Origin: Nitrospinaceae bacterium
GTDB taxonomy: Bacteria; Nitrospinota; Nitrospinia; Nitrospinales; Nitrospinaceae
Direction: 5' to 3'
DNA: 64,000 bases
NCBI GenBank assembly: GCA_965223665.1
Contig: OZ245011.1
Span: forward strand, 3,168,001-3,232,000
Shown: positions 21,178 through 31,044 of the stretch, piece after piece
Numbering within the stretch: the first letter of the stretch is position 1
Layout of the letters: each line of letters starts with the position of its first letter
Position numbers and translations under genes: made by a program
The notes under the pieces: model-generated
Told to the model about the DNA's origin: nothing
The model's input: the letters and a program-made list of their open reading frames with translations, nothing else
The model's database searches: none

Positions 21178-21809
21178 TCCTACCTGAATAATTTCCATTA
21201 AATCTATTTCAAAGCTTCGATATTTTTATTAGTTTCGATTAAAAAAAAATTAAGCCCTTAAATTAAGCCATGTTTTATGCGGTTGGAAAAAATTTAATTA
21301 TTGAAATTAAAAAATGATTTATGTGAATTTACAAGAATTTGTTTTGCTGAGGGTTTTCCTTATTGATTTGAAGGGTATATTATTATTGCGTAAAAACAAA
21401 AATTTTTTTTGGAGTTTTTGATTTGTCTTCTTGGATAGTTTAGACGAAGTGAGAAAAAGAAATATAGATTTACAAAGTAAACCTTGTTGGCGATTCTCCT
21501 TCTATGTTGAATTATCTTTGATTGAAGGTTTAAGGCTGGTGGGTAGGATTTGGCAAAGATAATTGTAATGAAAATTTTACTCTTTTAATTTTAAATAACC
21601 CTTACACTATTTTATATATTGAGATAATGACAAAGGTTGAGAAGAGGAGAAAGACTTTTTTTTGAAACCTGGGTTATTTAAGTAAGTAATTAATTTTGTA
21701 ATTGAACTTCATTAATATTTGGAGACTTATTTTAATAGAGCGGATGTTCTGGCAAAAACTTAAGGGATTTTTTGTTTAGGGCTTTATTCCATAGATTGAG
21801 GGAAATAAT

Positions 21810-22919
21810 ATGTTAGAGGAAGGACAAAAGGAAGAGGCAAAAATTCTAATTGTGGATGATACCAAACCTAACGTTGTATTACTTGAAGAAATGCTTTCAG
21901 GATTTGGTTACAAACGCATACAATCTGTTACTGATTCACGACAAGCGATTCATATGTATGAAGTTTTTCGTCCTGATGTTCTTTTGTTGGATTTGAATAT
22001 GCCTCATGTTAGTGGATTTGAAATAATGGAACAGTTGAAGACTATTGAAAGCGATTCCTATGCTCCAATTCTGGTCCTTACCGCACAATCGGATACAGAA
22101 ACAAAACGAAGAGCCCTAGAGGTTGGCGCCAAAGATTTTATTGTAAAGCCTTTCGACTTTAATGAGACCCTACAACGAATCGGGAATATGCTAGAAATCC
22201 GACTTCTCCATAAACAAACCAAAGAGCAAAATAAATATTTGGAACGAACGGTTTATGAGCGAACAAAATTGTTGGAGGATACTCGCCTGGAAGTTGTTGA
22301 ACGATTAGGAAGAGCCGCAGAGTACAGGGATAATGAGACAGGAAACCATGTGGTCCGAATGAGTCGGTTTTCAGCAATTTTGGCGCGGGCAGCTGGAATG
22401 CACGAAAACTATTGTCATTTAATTCTTCATGCCAGTCCCATGCATGATATTGGGAAAATTGGTATTCCAGATAATATTCTTTTAAAGCCGGGTAAGTTGG
22501 ATGAACAAGAATGGGAAATAATGAAGACCCATTCTACCATTGGGGGTGAAATTCTGTCAGGAGGAAAATCTGATCTCCTTAAAATGGCACAAACTATTGC
22601 TCTATCCCACCACGAAAAATGGGATGGTTCCGGATATCCTTTAAGTCTAAAAGGAAACGATATTCCTTTTGAGGGTCAAATAGTGGCCATTTGTGATGTT
22701 TTTGATGCATTATCTTCTGAGCGACCCTATAAGAAAGCGTGGCCTTTGGAAAAAACTTTGGATTTAATTAAGGAACAAAGTGGAAAGCATTTCAATCCTA
22801 AAATTGTGGACTACTTTCTCAAGTCCTTAGATGAAATTCTCAAGGTGCAAAAACAATATCAGGATCCAAGTGGGGACCATGCCCAACCTCAAATAGCCTC
22901 AATGAGAAGTGCAGTGTAA
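21810..22919 (+). CDS. Response regulator with HD-GYP cyclic-dinucleotide phosphodiesterase domain (RpfG-like)
   Basis: REC domain (IVDD, LLDLNMP, KPF) plus HDIGK, HHEKWDGSGYP and RPYK. Confidence 0.93.
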   Translation: MLEEGQKEEAKILIVDDTKPNVVLLEEMLSGFGYKRIQSVTDSRQAIHMYEVFRPDVLLLDLNMPHVSGFEIMEQLKTIESDSYAPILVLTAQSDTETKRRALEVGAKDFIVKPFDFNETLQRIGNMLEIRLLHKQTKEQNKYLERTVYERTKLLEDTRLEVVERLGRAAEYRDNETGNHVVRMSRFSAILARAAGMHENYCHLILHASPMHDIGKIGIPDNILLKPGKLDEQEWEIMKTHSTIGGEILSGGKSDLLKMAQTIALSHHEKWDGSGYPLSLKGNDIPFEGQIVAICDVFDALSSERPYKKAWPLEKTLDLIKEQSGKHFNPKIVDYFLKSLDEILKVQKQYQDPSGDHAQPQIASMRSAV

Positions 22920-22979
22920 AAGGGCCACCCTCATTTCTCAATTTGATTGTTAATATTTAAATCATGTTACAATGCTCCC

Positions 22980-23939
22980 ATGAATATCTTAGTATTTGGG
23001 GCAGGAGCCGTTGGCCTCGGATTAGCCAGTTTTATTATCCAAGCGAAACAAAATGTATTTTTGATTGGTAAAAAAGAAACAGTTGATGAATTAAAAAAAA
23101 ATGGTCTTCAACGAGTAGGTATATTTGGTGAATATCATGCCCTCCCTGATAAGTTCTTTGTAACAGATAACCTTAAAAATCTACCCCAAAAGAATTTTGA
23201 TTATGTTCTTGTATGTACAAAGTCTTTTGATTCCAGTAATTCCGCAGAAATTATTTCCAGTTTTTTAAAAGATAGTAAGAAAGAGTCTATTGTAATCCTT
23301 TGCCAGAATGGGTGGGGGAATGCAGAAACTTTTAGTCAATTTATCTCCAAACATCAAATAAAAAATGCTCGGGTAATTACTGGTTTTCGCCGCCTCTTAA
23401 ATAATAAAGTAGAAATAACCGTTCATGCGGATGCAATAAAAATGGGAAATCTCTTTGGAGAAAATGTAATGGACCTCCATCCTTTAAGGGATGTTCTAAA
23501 TGAAGGAGGGATGCCTTGTGATGTAACAGAAACCATTGAAAGAGATCTGTGGGCAAAAATGTTATATAACTGTATGCTGAATGGATTAAGTACGCTATTT
23601 AATGTTCCGTATGGAAAACTTGGAGAATCAGTTTTCACACGAAATTTAATGGATAAAATTGCTTTAGAGGTCTTTGTGGTTATGCGAGCCGCCGGCTTTA
23701 GGACGCACTGGGATTGTGTAGAAGATTATATTAAGGTTTTCTATCAAAATCAGCTGCCGGCCACTTACCACCATGAGCCCTCAATGCTGCAAGACATCCG
23801 CTCCTTAAAGCGTACCGAAATCGATACTCTCAATGGAGCGGTTATTGCACTAGGAAAAAAACATAACCTCGAAACTCCACATAATTTCTTTATTTCCTCA
23901 GCCATTCATTTTTTGGAAAATCAGTCCAAAAAATATTGA
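22980..23939 (+). CDS. panE: 2-dehydropantoate 2-reductase
   Basis: GAGAVG, QNG, WAKMLYN, SMLQD and TEID; start at ATG 22980. Confidence 0.88.
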   Translation: MNILVFGAGAVGLGLASFIIQAKQNVFLIGKKETVDELKKNGLQRVGIFGEYHALPDKFFVTDNLKNLPQKNFDYVLVCTKSFDSSNSAEIISSFLKDSKKESIVILCQNGWGNAETFSQFISKHQIKNARVITGFRRLLNNKVEITVHADAIKMGNLFGENVMDLHPLRDVLNEGGMPCDVTETIERDLWAKMLYNCMLNGLSTLFNVPYGKLGESVFTRNLMDKIALEVFVVMRAAGFRTHWDCVEDYIKVFYQNQLPATYHHEPSMLQDIRSLKRTEIDTLNGAVIALGKKHNLETPHNFFISSAIHFLENQSKKY

Positions 23940-23950
23940 TCAATATACAC

Positions 23951-26900
23951 TTATTGCGAGTAAGTAATAGTGATCTTAGGTCTTTTTGAAGAAGCTTCAC
24001 TGGAATTAAAACCAATTCCATTGTTAGACCCATTAGAACGGATAATGAATCCTCGATTCCAAATACTGCCGTCGATCCAACCTTGAACTATGTTTATACC
24101 ATTCTGATTCAAAAAGATTTCCTGTTCATTGAAAATGTTAGATGGAATGGTGCCCAAAATGGTCGATCCAATTTCGCCGGATCCGCTAAATTCATTCCAA
24201 TCAACGGTGCTTTCAGACCAGGAGGATTTGGCTTCATACAAATGATGGTCAGCCGAACTACCATCTGAAATGTTAAAGGTCATACTGACGGATTGGACAA
24301 CAGCATTGCTGGGAATAGAAGACAAGTCCCATAAGATAACACTCATAACTTCCCCATAATTTCCGTTTGAAGGATCAGAGGCCACCCCGTCAACTAACAA
24401 TATGTTATCGTTTCCGACATTCGAGTTTGGAGAAGTTTCTCTTAAGGAAGCATCTCTAGTACCTGAATAACCGTCCACCCCATTTTGAAGGCTAACTGTG
24501 TTTCCACCTCCAACGGAATAAGTAATAGTGATCTTAGGTCTTTTTGAAGAAGCTTCACTGGAATTAAAACCAATTCCATTGTTAGACCCATTAGAACGGA
24601 TAATGAATCCTCGATTCCAAATACTGCCGTCGATCCAACCTTGAACTATGTTTATACCATTCTGATTCAAAAAGATTTCCTGTTCATTGAAAATGTTAGA
24701 TGGAATGGTGCCCAAAATGGTCGATCCAATTTCGCCGGATCCGCTAAATTCATTCCAATCAACGGTGCTTTCAGACCAGGAGGATTTGGCTTCATACAAA
24801 TGATGGTCAGCCGAACTACCATCTGAAATGTTAAAGGTCATACTGACGGATTGGACAACAGCATTGCTGGGAATAGAAGACAAGTCCCATAAGATAACAC
24901 TCATAACTTCCCCATAATTTCCGTTTGAAGGATCAGAGGCCACCCCGTCAACTAACAATATGTTATCGTTTCCGACATTCGAGTTTGGAGAAGTTTCTCT
25001 TAAGGAAGCATCTCTAGTACCTGAATAACCGTCCACCCCATTTTGAAGGCTAACTGTGTTTCCACCTCCAACGGAATAAGTAATAGTGATCTTAGGTCTT
25101 TTTGAAGAAGCTTCACTGGAATTAAAACCAATTCCATTATTATTTCCATCGGTCCGTATAACAAAACCTCTATTAGAAATGCTTCCATCAACCCAACTTT
25201 GAACCAAATTTACACCACTCTGATTTAAAGGAATTTCTTGTTCATTAAAAAGATTAGGGCCAATTGTTCCTAGGATAGCAGAACCGATATCACCAGAATT
25301 ATTAAAGTCGTTCCAATCAACCGTACTTTCAGACCATGAAGATTTGGCTTCATGAAAATAATGGTTTCCAGAACTGGCATCTGAAAAGTTTAGTGTCACA
25401 CTGACGGATTGGACCACCGCATTGCTGGGAATTGAAGACAAATCCCATAAGAGCACTGACACTACTTCCCCATAAGAACCATTTTCAGGATCGGGCGCAG
25501 TACCATCAACCCATAGGAGACTGTCGTTTCCATAATTGGTGTTTGGAGAAGATTCTCGCAACAAAGCGTCTCTTGTTCCGCTATAACCGTCCACCCCATT
25601 TTGAAGGCTAACTGTGTTTCCACCTCCAGGAGGGGGCGGTGGCGGAGGAGGAGGTGGCGGACTTCCGCCACTAAAAGTCGAATTTTCATTTATATTAAAT
25701 TGAATTCCTGGACTTGGAATGGGCAAATTCGCTGCATAGTCTTTGACATTAACCACGGTTAATACTTCGGATCCTGTGGCTGATGAGGATGTAGTTAATC
25801 GAACCACTCTTGGATCACTAAGCCGAACGGCACTGCTTATGGATACACCGTTATCTAACGAATAATTGCTTTTAGTTTCAGCACTCGATTTATGGACGGG
25901 TTCTGAAAATTGCACATCCAGTTTTGTACTATTAATTCGGTGCACCGCAAAAATTGCAGGGGGTGCCACATCACCAGATTTTGCAATGGTGAACTTATCG
26001 CGAATCAATCCATCGTCATCCAGGAACTGGGCTTCCATTCGATTAGCGTAGATATCTAAAATCATAGAACCCAGGATGGCATCTCCATAATCATATTCAG
26101 TGTACATAATGGGATGCATTGGGGATCCATTGGTGGACTGATGACGGCTGGATATTCCCATAACGGCATACACCGTTCCGGTATTACCAGATTTTATATA
26201 GGCTCCATCTGCTCCTGATTCCGGAAATGATTTTCCATTGCTGGAAGTGATTTTACTTCCATTATTTGTTAGAAAGGAACGTTCATACCAGTGATTATTT
26301 CCACTCAATACTAAATCGACACCATGAGACTCCAGGATTGGAACGATATTTTCCCGTAATTCGTTTGGAATTAAGCTGGTGTTATTAACTGCATTGGAGT
26401 AAGGAGGATTGTGAAAGATGCAGATAATCCAATCCTGGTTTGTTGAACTCAAATCATCATCCAACCAATTTACCATTGCAGATCCGGAATTGCGGGGTCG
26501 AGTCAGAGAATTTAAAACTACTATATGGATATTGTTGTAATCGAAAGAATAATAATCTTCGACACCGGAAGACACTCCCCCATTTTCTCCATTCTTAGGA
26601 AATTCAAAATTATTGAAAAAAGGACCTGCTTGAGTGTTTACATCTGAATAAGGTTCGCCATCTGAGAATGTGGTGTATATTGGAGTGTCTTTTAATATTT
26701 CTGAAATTGCATTAAACAATCCACCCTGATACGCCCCATCGGAGCCTTCCCAAAAACCTCCATTGGTATAAGCATTATCACCTAGGGCAAATAAGAGATC
26801 CGCTCGCCGTTTTTTTGTGTAATTTTTAAAGGAATCACGAACTTTGGCCGCATTAGCATCTCCGGTACCCGAATCACCAATAACCCATATTCGTGTTGGT

Positions 26901-27346
26901 TGTGGGCTACCGCCACCAACGGGTGTCATAAAACTACCCCGGGCAGAGGACTCGTTTAATGGAGAGCTTGAAGTTCCAATTTCATAATAATATCGAGTGC
27001 CGGGACTCAAATTAGTTAAAGTAACTGTATGCTCTAGCAAGTTTCCACAACTACTGCACAAAGAAACGCTTTTGGGGTCGGAATCGGATTTAACAGCGCT
27101 GTAATTTTGGGGAAACTCGCCATAGTGAACACTCTTATAGGAGGACTCTGAAGTGCTCACTCTCCATTTAACTACCACACTCGTGGGACTTATTTTTTGT
27201 AAGTATGGACCCCGATCAACTGTACCAGCGGTGACTTCTAAAACATGGAGAAGTAGAAAGGCAACGATAAGAAAAGTGTGAAGTAAATAAGGAAAAAGAT
27301 GTTTTTGAGTTTTTTCTGTAAAACAAAATTTCACGATATACCTCAT
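23951..27346 (-). CDS. Secreted purple-acid-phosphatase-like protein: FN3 + metallophosphoesterase + Ig-like + Pro11 linker + 3 DNRLRE/CBM96-like modules
   Basis: Signal peptide, RGPYLQ, IGDSG, LGDNAY, FHNPPY, poly-Pro, and three modules running YSGTRDA...SSEASSKRPKITITY. Confidence 0.82.
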   Translation of the reverse strand: MRYIVKFCFTEKTQKHLFPYLLHTFLIVAFLLLHVLEVTAGTVDRGPYLQKISPTSVVVKWRVSTSESSYKSVHYGEFPQNYSAVKSDSDPKSVSLCSSCGNLLEHTVTLTNLSPGTRYYYEIGTSSSPLNESSARGSFMTPVGGGSPQPTRIWVIGDSGTGDANAAKVRDSFKNYTKKRRADLLFALGDNAYTNGGFWEGSDGAYQGGLFNAISEILKDTPIYTTFSDGEPYSDVNTQAGPFFNNFEFPKNGENGGVSSGVEDYYSFDYNNIHIVVLNSLTRPRNSGSAMVNWLDDDLSSTNQDWIICIFHNPPYSNAVNNTSLIPNELRENIVPILESHGVDLVLSGNNHWYERSFLTNNGSKITSSNGKSFPESGADGAYIKSGNTGTVYAVMGISSRHQSTNGSPMHPIMYTEYDYGDAILGSMILDIYANRMEAQFLDDDGLIRDKFTIAKSGDVAPPAIFAVHRINSTKLDVQFSEPVHKSSAETKSNYSLDNGVSISSAVRLSDPRVVRLTTSSSATGSEVLTVVNVKDYAANLPIPSPGIQFNINENSTFSGGSPPPPPPPPPPPGGGNTVSLQNGVDGYSGTRDALLRESSPNTNYGNDSLLWVDGTAPDPENGSYGEVVSVLLWDLSSIPSNAVVQSVSVTLNFSDASSGNHYFHEAKSSWSESTVDWNDFNNSGDIGSAILGTIGPNLFNEQEIPLNQSGVNLVQSWVDGSISNRGFVIRTDGNNNGIGFNSSEASSKRPKITITYSVGGGNTVSLQNGVDGYSGTRDASLRETSPNSNVGNDNILLVDGVASDPSNGNYGEVMSVILWDLSSIPSNAVVQSVSMTFNISDGSSADHHLYEAKSSWSESTVDWNEFSGSGEIGSTILGTIPSNIFNEQEIFLNQNGINIVQGWIDGSIWNRGFIIRSNGSNNGIGFNSSEASSKRPKITITYSVGGGNTVSLQNGVDGYSGTRDASLRETSPNSNVGNDNILLVDGVASDPSNGNYGEVMSVILWDLSSIPSNAVVQSVSMTFNISDGSSADHHLYEAKSSWSESTVDWNEFSGSGEIGSTILGTIPSNIFNEQEIFLNQNGINIVQGWIDGSIWNRGFIIRSNGSNNGIGFNSSEASSKRPKITITYSQ
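23961..25138. repeat. Apparently exact 558-bp tandem duplication (about 2.1 copies) within the CDS
   Basis: taagtaatagtgatcttaggtc recurs at 23961, 24519 and 25077; the shadow ORFs at 24083 and 24641 are identical. Confidence 0.95.
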
Positions 27347-27868
27347 TATTACAAAAATAAAATTGAAGGGACTTAAACCTTTTGAGTAGAAAGCATCGAG
27401 TTTCCGAAAAAAACTCGAATCCTTACAAAAGCTTTATAAAAAATTTGTCATCGTTAAAAAAAAGTGCACACCATAAAAATGAGAATCATTTTAAAAATGT
27501 AGCACTCTTCTAAGGAATAGGGATAAACTGTTATTTTCCCTAAAAAAAACAAGTAAAACTGTTCAATTTGAATTTTAGGAAGCTGAGCAAGATTAAACAG
27601 TATTCTTCAATGCAATTATTGTGCGGAATGGACCATTTTTATCAAACTTTTGGCAATAAATAAATAAAAACCTTTTTTACAAAAGTTTCAAATTGTTCTG
27701 ATGGACTACCGTTTAAAATATTTTAAAGAGTTTTATTACCTTAAAAACACTGTTTAAACCTAGTAATTGACTTTTATTGCTATTCCTTAATAAATTTTTT
27801 AGCCATTAAACATTTTAAAAATAATATTTTGTTGAATTTTCATTAGTTAAAAAAAAATAGGTTTTTCT

Positions 27869-27895
27869 TGTAAACAAATTCCAGGGTGAAGCGTT
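27869..27895 (+). promoter_or_regulatory. ECF-sigma-type promoter
   Basis: TGTAAAC (27869-27875), 16-nt spacer, CGTT (27892-27895): the AAC...CGT ECF signature, about 45 nt before the ATG at 27942. Confidence 0.6.
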
Positions 27896-27941
27896 TTATT
27901 TTTTAAGCAACGGATTGGATTTAACAACAAGGAGGAATGAA

Positions 27942-28466
27942 ATGACAAAATACAAATTATTAAACGCTTTTACTTTGGCAACGATATTAACCGCGTCCCC
28001 AGCTTTGGCAGACAACGGGGGATTTGGACAAAAAGTAGAAAACCATTGGGATAGAAAAGGAAACCGAATTGAAAATAGATTAGATGCTAAAGGGGATCGT
28101 ATTAATAATCATTTAGAAAATAAGGGGCAACGGATTGATGATCGTTTAGATGCTAAAGGTCAAAGAATTAATGATCGTCTGGATAACCTGTCCGAGCGAG
28201 CAAAACAGCAGGGAAAAGATGGTTTAGCACGAAAATTAGACCGTAGAGGAAATCGAATTGAACGAAAACTGGACAGAAAAGGAAATAGAATTGAGCGTAA
28301 ATTAGATCGTAGGGGAAATCGAATCGATCGAAAATTAGATCGAAAAGGAAAAAAAATTAATCGACGTATGGACCGTAAAGGAAAACGACTCCATCGAAGA
28401 ATTGACCGCCGAAGCTTTTTTGTTCCTATGAATTTAAACTCCAAAGTTACAAATAACTTTGCTTAA
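27942..28466 (+). CDS. Secreted cationic 11-residue-repeat protein
   Basis: AGGAGG SD, signal peptide (..SPALA|D) and repeats of the RKLDRRGNRIE type. Confidence 0.82.
   Translation: MTKYKLLNAFTLATILTASPALADNGGFGQKVENHWDRKGNRIENRLDAKGDRINNHLENKGQRIDDRLDAKGQRINDRLDNLSERAKQQGKDGLARKLDRRGNRIERKLDRKGNRIERKLDRRGNRIDRKLDRKGKKINRRMDRKGKRLHRRIDRRSFFVPMNLNSKVTNNFA
28041..28412 (+). repeat. Imperfect 33-bp (11-aa) coding repeats
   Basis: Units NHWDRKGNRIE, NRLDAKGDRIN ... RKLDRRGNRIE, RKLDRKGNRIE, RKLDRRGNRID. Confidence 0.85.
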
Positions 28467-28622
28467 AGTCTATAACGAGAAAAAATACTTTTGGGAATAC
28501 TTGAATGTGTAGGCCCGGTTTATAAAGATTTTCGAACCATTATACTATGAAAGGAGGATAGAGATCCTTAATTCGTTTAAAAGATCTCTTTCTCTTTTCA
28601 TGTTCAAGAAAATTCCTAAACT

Positions 28623-29150
28623 ATGGAAGAATTTTTAGCATCGGTGGAAAAAAGGGCATTTCAAATGGCCCATTTTGCAACAGGTAATATTGATGAAGCA
28701 ATGGATATTGTTCAAGATAGTATGTTGCAACTAGTTCGTACTTATTCGAATAAACCCAAGGAAGAACTGCGTCCATTATTTTTTCAAATATTGCAAAATC
28801 GGATTCGTGATTGGTATAGAAGACAAAGTGTTCGAAATCGATTGTATTCATTATGGAGTAACTTTAAAAATCATGATGAGGGACTGGAGAATCCTATTGA
28901 TTTACTACCTGATACTAGGGCATCAAAACCTGAGGATGGTGTTGCTGAAAAGTTTACCAGGGTAAAGCTTGAAAAAGTGCTTAAAGAATTACCATTGCGT
29001 CAACAGCAGGCTTTTCTTTTAAGAGCATGGGAAGAACTTAGTATTTCAGAAACTGCGTTGGCTATGAAATGTTCAGAAGGTTCGGTGAAATCTCATTATT
29101 TTCGTGCTTTACAAACTCTACGTGAAAAATTGGAAGGTTTGGAATTATGA
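28623..29150 (+). CDS. ECF RNA polymerase sigma factor
   Basis: Region 2 (AMDIVQDSM...LFFQILQNRIRD) and region 4 (LPLRQQQAFLLR...ETALAMKCSEGSVKSHYFRA). Confidence 0.93.
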   Translation: MEEFLASVEKRAFQMAHFATGNIDEAMDIVQDSMLQLVRTYSNKPKEELRPLFFQILQNRIRDWYRRQSVRNRLYSLWSNFKNHDEGLENPIDLLPDTRASKPEDGVAEKFTRVKLEKVLKELPLRQQQAFLLRAWEELSISETALAMKCSEGSVKSHYFRALQTLREKLEGLEL

Positions 29151-29500
29151 AAACTAATGATTCAAAGGATAAATTTATAAAACGAATCAAAGAAGAATTA
29201 GATGGTGCCGAAGACAACCTTGATCCTGGCATTAAATCTAGATTAAGCCGAATGCGCTATCAGGTTTTAGAATCTCAAAAAGAAACTCACTGGTTTCCAA
29301 ACAGGATTCTAAATCCAAAGGTGGTATTTGCATCTTTTGTCATTTTGATCTTGGCGAGTGTTTTATTAATCAAATCACCAACCTCGGTTAATCTAGACTT
29401 TGAAGATGTCGATCTTTTGATATCTACTGAACAACCTGAATTTTACGAAGATTTGGATTTCTATGTTTGGCTAGAACTGGAAGGGATCGATGCAGGTTAA
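29147..29500 (+). CDS. Putative transmembrane anti-sigma factor (DUF3619-like)
   Basis: ATGA overlap with the sigma gene, SRLSRMR, one TM helix and a C-terminal EDLDFYVWL. Confidence 0.75.
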   Translation: MKTNDSKDKFIKRIKEELDGAEDNLDPGIKSRLSRMRYQVLESQKETHWFPNRILNPKVVFASFVILILASVLLIKSPTSVNLDFEDVDLLISTEQPEFYEDLDFYVWLELEGIDAG

Positions 29501-29750
29501 AAATATTTTATGGATTTTGTCCCTTATCCTTTGGAACTTATTTCCTTTAGGAGTTTTTGCAGAGGATTCTCCACAGGACAAAGGAAAGCCATCAGACCAA
29601 GATATTGAAGATGAGGTTCCATCCATGGAATTATTGGAATTTTTAGCAGATTTTGAAACAGATGAAGGGCAGTGGTTGGATCCGGAAGACCTCGATCAAA
29701 TTGATTTACCAGAGCCCAAGCAAGGTGAAAATGAAAAATCAGATAAATAA
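29490..29750 (+). CDS. Small exported acidic protein
   Basis: Signal peptide and PSMELLEFLADFETDEGQWLDP motif; overlaps both neighbours. Confidence 0.7.
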   Translation: MQVKNILWILSLILWNLFPLGVFAEDSPQDKGKPSDQDIEDEVPSMELLEFLADFETDEGQWLDPEDLDQIDLPEPKQGENEKSDK

Positions 29751-30279
29751 AACTATAGGGATAAGTGCAGTTTTTTGTTTGATCAGTCTTTTTAATTTAT
29801 CTTTTGTATTAGCTGAAGATAATCCTGTTTTGTGGAATTCCCTATCCCAAAAGGAACAAAAAATTTTAAAACCCTTTTCAGAGAAATGGAATCAATTACC
29901 GGTTGAACGACAACGTAAACTACAAAAGGGAGCCATACGCTGGTCTAGGCTAAGCCCAGATGAGCGCGCAACCTTTAAACAGCGTTTTAGAAGGTGGAAG
30001 CAATTCCCTTCGGAAAAGCGAGAACGAATCCGAAAAAAATTTAGACAATTTCGAAACTTGTCGCCAAATCAGCGGAAAAACATTCGCCAAACACGAAAAT
30101 GGTTTCGGAATTTGCCCCCTAAGCAACAGCAAAAATTTAAAAAACGTTGGCGTAATCTTTCCCCTGAAAAAAAGAAAGCATTCAAAAAGCGAATGCGAAA
30201 CATGACTCCTCAACAACGAAAGCGTTTCCTGAATCATAAGAAAAGGAAATTTCAAAAACATCGACGTGGTAAAAAGTAA
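29731..30279 (+). CDS. DUF3106-like periplasmic helical repeat protein
   Basis: Signal peptide and about 18-aa WxxLS/PPEQR repeats, very basic; start moved to ATG 29731. Confidence 0.78.
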   Translation: MKNQINKTIGISAVFCLISLFNLSFVLAEDNPVLWNSLSQKEQKILKPFSEKWNQLPVERQRKLQKGAIRWSRLSPDERATFKQRFRRWKQFPSEKRERIRKKFRQFRNLSPNQRKNIRQTRKWFRNLPPKQQQKFKKRWRNLSPEKKKAFKKRMRNMTPQQRKRFLNHKKRKFQKHRRGKK

Positions 30280-30328
30280 ATAATTATCCTCAAGGTTTAG
30301 CTTGCCAAAAATTAATTTATTACTTTTG

Positions 30329-30811
30329 CTAGGGTTTTATATAAATGTATCCTTCCCGTTGCAAGTCGGCAATTCGTTTTACAGCCACTGGATGACCTGT
30401 AGGTTTAAAACCGGGAGCCAGTTTGTCTAATGGAGTATTAAATAATTTCATCGATACCTGACACATTTCAGCATCGATTCCTTGATCTAACACTTTCTTT
30501 AGTTTGGCTTTAAGTTCTGGATCAATAGTATCTGCTTTAAATAAATGAAGTGCCGGGCCGTGTACAACAAGCTTGACATCTATTTTATCTGGTCCGCCCT
30601 CTGCTTCAATATGTTTATTGATCAATGCCATTGCATATTTTGCTGTTCCCAAATCTTTACCATCTACATGATACAAAACTTTAACTTTTTCATCTGCCCA
30701 GGCAGTGCTAAACTCCGAATTAATTACTCCAACGAGAGATAATATAAACAAAAAGACAACCGCTGAAAGTATTTTTGAGGCAATGGATGAGTATTTATAT
30801 TTTAATGACAT
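30329..30811 (-). CDS. Exported DsrE-family protein
   Basis: KVLYHVD, LVVHGPAL, a single Cys in EMCQVS and LQREGYIYIKP; GGAGG SD before ATG 30811. Confidence 0.8.
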   Translation of the reverse strand: MSLKYKYSSIASKILSAVVFLFILSLVGVINSEFSTAWADEKVKVLYHVDGKDLGTAKYAMALINKHIEAEGGPDKIDVKLVVHGPALHLFKADTIDPELKAKLKKVLDQGIDAEMCQVSMKLFNTPLDKLAPGFKPTGHPVAVKRIADLQREGYIYIKP

Positions 30812-31044
30812 GACGTCCTCCGTCGAATAGATAGATTTCATATGAATTAGATAAACAATTGTATCACGGATTTTTAAACCGGGTTTAAATAGAATGAAGT
30901 AAATTTCATACTTGAGAGTCAGGAGTATTTCATCACCTCTATCGTTCCAATAAAAGTAGTTCTTTGTGCTAACATAAAATGTTTTTAAGAGATCAAAAAA
31001 TAAAAAAGTAATTTTAAATTTAGTTGCCTATTTTTATGGGTAAA

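Noticed and set aside
21178-21809. 630-bp intergenic region as a possible sRNA locus
   Set aside because: Very AT-rich with no stable structure or motif I can support; probably a regulatory region.
27608-27630. Sigma54-like site on the minus strand (CCGCAC-N5-TTGCA) upstream of the phosphatase-like gene
   Set aside because: The invariant -24 GG is CG, so it is not supportable.
28041-28412. CRISPR-like periodicity
   Set aside because: The 33-bp period is an in-frame coding repeat without unique spacers.
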